A stretch of 10,675 bases of DNA from Planctomycetota bacterium (GTDB lineage: Bacteria; Planctomycetota; GCA-002687715; DRQF01): the NCBI GenBank assembly GCA_036479435.1, contig JAZGFI010000120.1, forward strand, positions 1-10,675. Reading direction: 5' to 3'. A program made the position numbers and the translations under genes. The notes beneath the pieces are model-generated. The model was not told where the DNA came from. It did no database searches and was given only the letters and a program-made list of their open reading frames with translations. Shown here piece after piece: positions 1 through 5,881 of the stretch (the stretch's first letter is position 1; every line of letters starts with the position of its first letter).

Positions 1-42
1 GCCAGCCAACGCCGCCCTCATCTCAACTTCTACGCTCTTCAT
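1..42 (-). CDS. N-terminus of a hypothetical protein running off the left edge (MKSVEVEMRAALAG...)
   Basis: On the minus strand GAGGAGTGATCGCA-ATG gives a strong Shine-Dalgarno before the ATG at 42-40; the frame stays open to base 1. Only 14 codons are visible. Confidence 0.5.
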   Translation of the reverse strand, partial: MKSVEVEMRAALAG

Positions 43-180
43 TGCGATCACTCCTCAGGAACAAAAGAGGAGGTATCTTGTGCTCTGTCAGCGCGACAAA
101 AAGATGGGGTTCACCGGACAGTTACAGCGGGAATGCTTTTTAGGGCCTTGGCACTAGGCTCCAGACCCCGCGCGGTCGCC

Positions 181-213
181 AAAAAGAAAGGCGGCCCTGA
201 TGAACCGCCCTCC
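181..213 (-). terminator. Rho-independent terminator of the AT-hook/wHTH gene
   Basis: Minus strand reads GGAGGGCGGTTC-ATCA-GGGCCGCCTTTCTTTTT: a GC-rich stem with G-U pairs followed by a U tract, about 25 nt after the stop at 238. Confidence 0.75.
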
Positions 214-237
214 CCTAATTCGCAATTTTCCCTTTGA

Positions 238-735
238 CTAAGCTACGTGATATTCGGTTCCACGCGCCTGTCCCTGGCGTTTCACCATCTTCTGGTCCAC
301 TAAGGATTGCAAGGCTCTGCGCACCTGCGGTGATTCGCCGCCGACTTCCGCTCGTATCGTTTCCGCGCCGAGTTGCCCGCCGTTCGCCGACAAAACCGCA
401 AAGACATCACGCACCAACTCTTCTCTTCCGGCAGCCGTGCGCGTGTTGCGGGCGCGACCCTTCATCGTCTTCGTAGCTGGCTTGTCCGCCTTCGCAGTTG
501 ACCCCTTGGGACGACCAGGTCCGCGCTTCTTCGGCACTGCGCCAACCGCCGCCATGAAGTCCTTCACGCTCAAGGAATTGAGCTCTGCCGCAAAGTCCGC
601 GGCTTTGAAACCATCAATGATCTCCCCCATCGTTGCCGACTGCGGGATCGCTGCCAGCGCCCTGTTGACGATCTCTGCGTTTACCTTCTCAATGGCGTCT
701 CCGATGACGCTCTCAATTCTTGTCTGCTTAGCCAT
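238..735 (-). CDS. Basic DNA-binding protein with an AT-hook-like motif and C-terminal winged helix (nucleoid-associated-protein-like), 165 aa
   Basis: KKRGPGRPKGS contains the GRP AT-hook core; K/A/T-rich linker; C-terminal GAETIRAEVG...VRRALQSLVDQKMVKRQGQARGTEY fits a wHTH plus wing. Start placed at ATG 735 because GGAGTGAT precedes it; the ORF track start is 756. Confidence 0.75.
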   Translation of the reverse strand: MAKQTRIESVIGDAIEKVNAEIVNRALAAIPQSATMGEIIDGFKAADFAAELNSLSVKDFMAAVGAVPKKRGPGRPKGSTAKADKPATKTMKGRARNTRTAAGREELVRDVFAVLSANGGQLGAETIRAEVGGESPQVRRALQSLVDQKMVKRQGQARGTEYHVA

Positions 736-791
736 AGCGGGATCACTCCGGTGCATACTTCATTCCCCACGCCGATGGAAACTTAGTACCG

Positions 792-820
792 AGTATCCCC
801 TCAATATGCTATTAATTCAA
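792..820 (-). promoter_or_regulatory. Putative sigma70 promoter for the AT-hook/wHTH gene
   Basis: Minus strand TTGAAT (820-815), 17-nt spacer, GATACT (797-792), in an AT-rich divergent intergenic region. Confidence 0.55.
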
Positions 821-879
821 TGGCATTCCTTCCGAGTCATCATTCCAAGTCGCCATAATCACCGACTGCGAGATTGGAC

Positions 880-2100
880 ATGACTGACACATTGATCACC
901 GAGACGGTCAAACTTGATCGCCTCTTCCCCAACCCTTCAAATCCCCGCTTCAACGACGAAGCCGTTCCGCACGTAGCAGCATCTCTACAGAGATTCGGAT
1001 GGCAGCAACCTGTCGTTGCGAAGTTGAGCGGCGAGATCATTGCCGGACACACTCGGTTCTTGGCGGCCCAGTCTCTCTCGATGCAGGAGATCCCCGTCGT
1101 GTGGTTCGAAGGCGATGATTTGGAAGCCGTGGCCTTTGGCATTGCCGACAATAGAACCGGCGAGTTCGCGTCATGGGACGACGAGGCATTAGCGAAACTC
1201 CTAAGCGAGCTTCGAGACGAAGACGCCCTCGATGGCGTTGGCTATGACGACAAGGAGATCGATGCCCTCCTCCACTCCGTCTTGGAGGAATCGGATCTCG
1301 AAGATCCTGGCGCTGAGGAGCCGCCGGAAAACCCTGTCACAAAAGAAGGGGATCTTTGGCTACTCGGCAAGCATCGCCTTTTGTGCGGCGATGCCACCAA
1401 CGAGCGCGACGTCGAGACTCTGTTTGCTGGCAAGCGCCCGGGCCTCATGGTCACCGACCCGCCCTACGGCGTGAGCTACCGACCCGAGTGGCGACAAGAG
1501 GCGGGCCTGGCTGACGGCGGCAAAACCGCCGAGGTCGCCAACGATGAGCGCGTGGACTGGACCGATGCCTGGCGTTTATTCCCAGGCGAGGTCGCCTACG
1601 TTTGGCACGCGGGCGTGCATTCACCATCGGTTGGCCAGCAGCTCCAAGACGTCGGCTTCGACATCCGTTCCCAGATTATCTGGGCCAAGAATCGCTTTGC
1701 CATTAGCCGTGGCCACTACCACTGGCAACACGAGCCCTGTTTCTACGTTGTTCGCTCGAGTGCCACGGCATCTTGGGGCGGAGACCACGCTCAATGCACG
1801 TTGTGGCCCATCGCGCAAGATAAAGCCGACCAGACGGAGCACTCAACCCAGAAGCCCCTGGAGTGCATGCTGCGACCCCTTCGCAACCACGACATCCATG
1901 ATGTCTATGACCCTTTCCTTGGCTCAGGCACGACGATGATCGCGGCCGAGAAGCTCAATCGGCGTTGTTTCGGCTTGGAGCTAACGCCGAGGTTTTGCGA
2001 TGTAATCATCTCCCGTTGGGAAAAGGCCACGGGACAAGAAGCGATACTCGAAGCGAGTAACGAGAGCTTCCTCATCACCGCGGAGCGCCGCGCCGACTGA
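880..2100 (+). CDS. ParB/Srx N-terminal domain fused to a beta-class N6-adenine/N4-cytosine DNA methyltransferase
   Basis: N-terminus NPSNPR...SLQRFGWQQPVV...IIAGHTRFLAA...IADNR is ParB-like. C-terminus has HRLLCGDA, catalytic TDPPY, HSTQKP and SAM-binding DPFLGSGTT in beta-class order. ATG at 880 (in-frame TTG at 874). Confidence 0.92.
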   Translation: MTDTLITETVKLDRLFPNPSNPRFNDEAVPHVAASLQRFGWQQPVVAKLSGEIIAGHTRFLAAQSLSMQEIPVVWFEGDDLEAVAFGIADNRTGEFASWDDEALAKLLSELRDEDALDGVGYDDKEIDALLHSVLEESDLEDPGAEEPPENPVTKEGDLWLLGKHRLLCGDATNERDVETLFAGKRPGLMVTDPPYGVSYRPEWRQEAGLADGGKTAEVANDERVDWTDAWRLFPGEVAYVWHAGVHSPSVGQQLQDVGFDIRSQIIWAKNRFAISRGHYHWQHEPCFYVVRSSATASWGGDHAQCTLWPIAQDKADQTEHSTQKPLECMLRPLRNHDIHDVYDPFLGSGTTMIAAEKLNRRCFGLELTPRFCDVIISRWEKATGQEAILEASNESFLITAERRAD

Positions 2101-2705
2101 TGAGTGCAAAGCTCCCAAGCGAAGCCGTCGACTATTACCTCTCGTTGGGGGCAGAGCGAAGCTACATCGCGGTGGCGAAGCATTTCGAAGTTTCGAAGCG
2201 CACTGTCTCCCGACGAGCGGCTGAGGAGGACTGGCAATCACGGATTGAGGAGCTGGAGAGGCCGGATCGGGAGCAAGCCTTCGGGCAAGCAAAGGTCCTT
2301 CAGGCCGTCGAGGTAACTCGGGTCAACGGTCTACAAGACGCCTTCCGGGAAGTCATCACGCCGCAGCGCATGAAGGCTCTAGTCGCGACTATGTTTAAGA
2401 ACGCGGTCCAAAAAGACGATGTGCGAGCCGCCAAGTTTCTAATCGAACGCTCGCTCGGGCGCGTGCGCAATGAGCCCTTGAGCCCCGTTAACTTGGATCT
2501 CCCGAACGGCCTGGAAACCACCACCGACATCCGCCGGGCCGCCAACTCGTTGCTGCAGAGCATCGCCGACGGAAGCCTCACTCCGGAAGACGCGCAGAAA
2601 TCCGCCATGGTTTTGGAGGCGGTTCGCACGTCGATTGAAACGGAAGACCTTGAGAATCGCCTGATCGAACTCGAAGAGCAATTGAAGCGGCAGGGGAAAC
2701 AATGA
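2100..2705 (+). CDS. HTH protein, terminase small subunit-like / DUF5681-type C-terminus (tentative)
   Basis: N-terminal HTH (RSYIAVAKHFEVSKRTVSRRAAEEDW) resembles phage TerS N-termini; DVRAAKFLIERSLG and a coiled-coil tail IETEDLENRLIELE. TGATG overlap with the MTase stop. Confidence 0.6.
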   Translation: MSAKLPSEAVDYYLSLGAERSYIAVAKHFEVSKRTVSRRAAEEDWQSRIEELERPDREQAFGQAKVLQAVEVTRVNGLQDAFREVITPQRMKALVATMFKNAVQKDDVRAAKFLIERSLGRVRNEPLSPVNLDLPNGLETTTDIRRAANSLLQSIADGSLTPEDAQKSAMVLEAVRTSIETEDLENRLIELEEQLKRQGKQ

Positions 2706-2926
2706 GGCTGGCGCGGCGAGTACAGCGTGTCTCTCGTCTCATCGAAGTCGAACCTCCTAAGGACCTGGGCTTTCTTCCGACCTGTCTCGCCGAGGACGTC
2801 GCCGGTTACGAAATAGGCACGATGTCGCTCCGCGCCCGGCTTAAGTCTCACACCCGCTACTGCGAAGCAGCGGCGCCGGTGATCGCTGGAATTGAAGCGG
2901 CAATGGCACAGGAGGCTACACCTTGA
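2702..2926 (+). CDS. Small hypothetical protein, 74 aa
   Basis: ATGA overlap with the upstream stop and TTGA overlap with the next gene indicate translational coupling. Confidence 0.65.
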   Translation: MRLARRVQRVSRLIEVEPPKDLGFLPTCLAEDVAGYEIGTMSLRARLKSHTRYCEAAAPVIAGIEAAMAQEATP

Positions 2927-3276
2927 GAATGGTAAACCGGGTGCGAAGAGTGGAATCCGGTCTTGGCCTCACCAACCATGGCCCCATGCCCATCGTCTGG
3001 AATGGGAAGATGGATGACGAATGGCAAAGGCGAGCGGAGATCGCCAAGAAGCGCGGCTGCGGGATCCACCTGATCACCTTTGCCCACACCACTTGCGCCG
3101 ATTCGAAGGAGGAAGCGGACGCGCTTATCGAAGAACGCATTGAGCAAGGCATGGGCTTTGCCGCCATTGTTGTCCGCCATCGCGATGACCCCGACAAAAC
3201 GCTGGCCGTACACGAGCCTGTACTGCCGGACTGGCTCAAGAACTTTGAAGACAGTGAAGAGGGCTCAACTAAATAG
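2923..3276 (+). CDS. Hypothetical protein, about 117 aa
   Basis: AGGAGG lies just upstream; TTG at 2923 overlaps the previous stop (alternative ATG at 2929). Its N-terminus resembles that of the preceding ORF. Confidence 0.65.
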   Translation: MRMVNRVRRVESGLGLTNHGPMPIVWNGKMDDEWQRRAEIAKKRGCGIHLITFAHTTCADSKEEADALIEERIEQGMGFAAIVVRHRDDPDKTLAVHEPVLPDWLKNFEDSEEGSTK

Positions 3277-3356
3277 CGGAATGTGACTTCATGTTTGGGG
3301 CGAAGGGAGCGTGTATGGCGTTCACGAAACCTGATCCTCAAACATGGAGAAACGCG

Positions 3357-3785
3357 ATGAACGCTAAGACGAACGAAACCGCTGCGAAGAAGGCCAGCCC
3401 GAAGCCCAAGAAGAAGAAAGAGCAAGCAAAGGTCCCAACGGCCATCACAACCTTGGCAGATTTGACGCTCGCTTACCCACCCCACCTAACAGCGATTGGA
3501 AAGAGCGAGAGCACGGCATCGAGTTACCGCGGCGACTTGAAGGTGGCGGCCAAGCACTTCGGTGAAACCACCAAGATTTCGGCGCTCACCGAGCGAAAAG
3601 TAAAGGCCTACTTCGAGAGCGACTTGGTCACGAAGACGCGCAAGGGTGAACCCAAAAACCCGATCACCACTGCGAAGCTCTGCCGAGTGTTTCGCCTGGG
3701 CCTCGTCTGGCTCGCTGAAGAGGGCCATCTCGCCGAAGCGCCGATTCCCGGCGACGACATCTCCCGACAGAAGAAGAGCGAATGA
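3357..3785 (+). CDS. Stand-alone phage-integrase N-terminal SAM-like/core-binding domain protein with a Lys-rich N-tail and no catalytic domain
   Basis: TLADLTLAYPPHLTAIGKSESTASSYRGDL...ISALTERKVKAYFES...KGEPKNPITTAKLCRVFR aligns by eye with the N-terminal ~100 aa of the downstream recombinase. GGAG precedes ATG 3357; alternative starts at 3315 and 3291. Confidence 0.7.
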   Translation: MNAKTNETAAKKASPKPKKKKEQAKVPTAITTLADLTLAYPPHLTAIGKSESTASSYRGDLKVAAKHFGETTKISALTERKVKAYFESDLVTKTRKGEPKNPITTAKLCRVFRLGLVWLAEEGHLAEAPIPGDDISRQKKSE

Positions 3786-3859
3786 CCAGCCGCTGAGGGC
3801 CTTCACCGCGCTGGCCCCTAAACCGGTCCGGCGTTTTTACAACTAAGTCCGAGAACCCC

Positions 3860-4732
3860 ATGACCTTCCAAGACACCTTCCAAGCCTACATGCTCCAGCT
3901 TGCTGCCGATGGGCGCTCGGGGCACACGATCAACCAATACCGTCGGCACCTTGCGCGCTTTGCAAACTGGCTTGACGAGACGAACCGCCCCACCGAGATT
4001 CACGACATTGACCATCAGGATCTCGCCGCATTTCTTGCCTCTGAAAGCGCCACGCACGATGCCGCGGGCAAAAAGAAGCGCCCCACCTCGATCAACACGA
4101 TCCGATCCTCGCTGAAGACCTTCTTTTGCTTCGTCCACGCCGCGGGCTACGCGCCCCGCAACGCCGGGCGTCTGATCCGGCGAGCGATCTGTGGCGATCC
4201 TCCGCCCCGGGCGATGAGCGAGTCTGAAGAACTACGATTCAAGAAAGCTCTCAAGGATCATCCCTGCAAACGAGATCGCGTGCTCTTTCGGCTCATGCTC
4301 CAGACAGGCATTCGGATCGGGTCGGCGCTGGGGCTCGACATCGAGGACTTGGACTTCGAGAATGGAAGGATCTGGCTCCGGACTATGAAGGGGGCGCGGG
4401 TCGATGCAAAAGGAATCCCCGAGCCCGTCAGCAACGAGGTTTCGGGTTACGTAGACGGCCAAGGTCGAGGGGCGGTGTTTCAGGGCCGGGACGGGCGAAG
4501 GCTCTCAGCCCGGCATGCTCAACGAGTTTTTTCGAGGATTGTCGAAAAGGCTGGCCTTGGTGATTGGATAACGCCTCATTGCCTGCGACACACTTACGCC
4601 ACAAGGCTCTACGAAGCTTCGAACGACCTAATACTGGTCAAGGAGGCGATGACCCACCGATCAATTTCCTCAACGGTGGTTTACCTCAGCTCGGTACAAA
4701 CTGTTCGCAGTTCGTGCATTCTTGTCGGATAA
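3860..4732 (+). CDS. Tyrosine recombinase/integrase, XerC/XerD-like, 290 aa
   Basis: Complete catalytic set: R (TGIRIG), K (MKG), HxxR (PHCLRHTYAT), H (MTHRS) and Y (TVVY), plus an N-terminal SAM-like domain. Confidence 0.93.
   Translation: MTFQDTFQAYMLQLAADGRSGHTINQYRRHLARFANWLDETNRPTEIHDIDHQDLAAFLASESATHDAAGKKKRPTSINTIRSSLKTFFCFVHAAGYAPRNAGRLIRRAICGDPPPRAMSESEELRFKKALKDHPCKRDRVLFRLMLQTGIRIGSALGLDIEDLDFENGRIWLRTMKGARVDAKGIPEPVSNEVSGYVDGQGRGAVFQGRDGRRLSARHAQRVFSRIVEKAGLGDWITPHCLRHTYATRLYEASNDLILVKEAMTHRSISSTVVYLSSVQTVRSSCILVG
4703..4718. repeat. Left arm of an imperfect inverted repeat (GTTCGCAGTTCGTGCA)
   Basis: Matches the reverse complement of 5763-5779 (GTTCGCAAGTTCGGGCA) at 15 of 17 positions, with one gap and one mismatch. 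Confidence 0.65.
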
Positions 4733-4777
4733 GGCGCTTATGGTCGTAAAACGCCAATTCTCTCCAAGGAGCCTAGA

Positions 4778-5671
4778 ATGCATGATTTGAAAGAACTATT
4801 TGCCAAGAGAAACTCGCAGAACAATGCAATCAAGCTTTCGAAGCAACGAGCCATCGCAGAAAGGCGACGCGAGTTAGTTCGGCTTGTTAACTTGGAGACG
4901 GTTTTTTGGGAGGCTTGCTGGTCGCTCAAATCGCTCGCTGGTCCACATGGTGACTTGGATCGAATAAAGAGCATTGCCATGCTTCGTGCTCCCGCTTGCT
5001 CAGGTTTCGACCGTCTTGCCATCGACTCCACGGAGCTTGCCCAACGAATCTCGAGGGCTGCGAAACTCATGAAGCGACTTGCGCCCGACGACCTCCAACG
5101 GCTCCAAGCTAACCAAGACGGTGACTACCCCATGATTGCATGCAAAATCATCAAGGCAGCTGCATTCGGCATGTCAGTTGAGGAAATCGAAAGCTGCCTT
5201 AACGATGCAATTTCTTGCCAAAGAGAGATCCCCACCGACTTTTTTGAAGAGCATCTCCAAGGCGACGGCGAAGACATGCGCGGATTCATGGGTGAGCTTC
5301 GAAGGATCGCAACCAGGTACACAGATCAGATCGAGTGCCTTTTTAGCCGCCCCATTCCGTTTCATGATGAATATCGGTGCGATGCGATCATTGACGCCCA
5401 AGATGCCGGAGATGAGTTGCGCCGTTCGGGTCGCGCTGAAAATCAAATCATGCGGATCCAAGAGATCATTTCGACCATCAGACGCGGTGGCGCTGCCAGA
5501 ATTGCACGAACCGAACTCGTCAAAATGGGCATGCCGAGCAGCACTGTGAACAAGATCTACAACGATCTCCACCTGAAAGGATCCCGAGGCGATGACGAGC
5601 GTCAGGAGTTCACCTCCGACGTAGCCATCCAGATCGCGATGAATTGGAAACCAAAGTCATCGAAGGCCTGA
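4778..5671 (+). CDS. Hypothetical protein, 297 aa, mostly helical with a possible C-terminal HTH
   Basis: Long ORF with AAGGAG before the ATG. C-terminal IARTELVKMGMPSSTVNKIY is HTH-like. No family recognised. Confidence 0.75.
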   Translation: MHDLKELFAKRNSQNNAIKLSKQRAIAERRRELVRLVNLETVFWEACWSLKSLAGPHGDLDRIKSIAMLRAPACSGFDRLAIDSTELAQRISRAAKLMKRLAPDDLQRLQANQDGDYPMIACKIIKAAAFGMSVEEIESCLNDAISCQREIPTDFFEEHLQGDGEDMRGFMGELRRIATRYTDQIECLFSRPIPFHDEYRCDAIIDAQDAGDELRRSGRAENQIMRIQEIISTIRRGGAARIARTELVKMGMPSSTVNKIYNDLHLKGSRGDDERQEFTSDVAIQIAMNWKPKSSKA

Positions 5672-5762
5672 CCAAGCAGCGTGAACGCCGACTCTTCGGT
5701 TCCCGAAAGTCATGAACTCGGAGTTTCGGATGGCCGATTCTTGTGATTTCGGCCTCGTTTCT

Positions 5763-5779
5763 TGCCCGAACTTGCGAAC
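5763..5779. repeat. Right arm of the imperfect inverted repeat (TGCCCGAACTTGCGAAC)
   Basis: Inverted counterpart of 4703-4718. Confidence 0.65.
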
Positions 5780-5823
5780 TGCCACCAGCAATCCTTCGGA
5801 TCTGTAAACACCATGAACTCCCT

Positions 5824-5853
5824 TTGAAACTCGGTACCAAACCGCGTCATTCT
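5824..5853 (+). promoter_or_regulatory. Possible sigma70 promoter for the replication operon
   Basis: TTGAAA (5824-5829), 18-nt spacer, CATTCT (5848-5853), followed by GGAGG at 5871-5875 and the GTG start at 5882. Confidence 0.35.
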
Positions 5854-5881
5854 CCGTTGAACAAGGCAACGGAGGCTCAAA

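Noticed and set aside
234..883. Plus-strand ORFs 234-476 and 437-883
   Set aside because: Antisense shadows of the AT-hook/wHTH gene, which has a promoter, RBS, terminator and recognisable motifs.
2300..3485. Long minus-strand ORFs 2300-2851, 2857-3213 and 2916-3485
   Set aside because: They lie opposite translationally coupled plus-strand genes and have no recognisable motifs; such ORFs are expected in GC-rich DNA.
4722..4748. Chromosomal dif site with a housekeeping xerC/xerD gene
   Set aside because: The spacer is 5 nt rather than 6, the XerD arm (TTATGTTAAAT) is not matched and the context is mobile, so no gene symbol was assigned.
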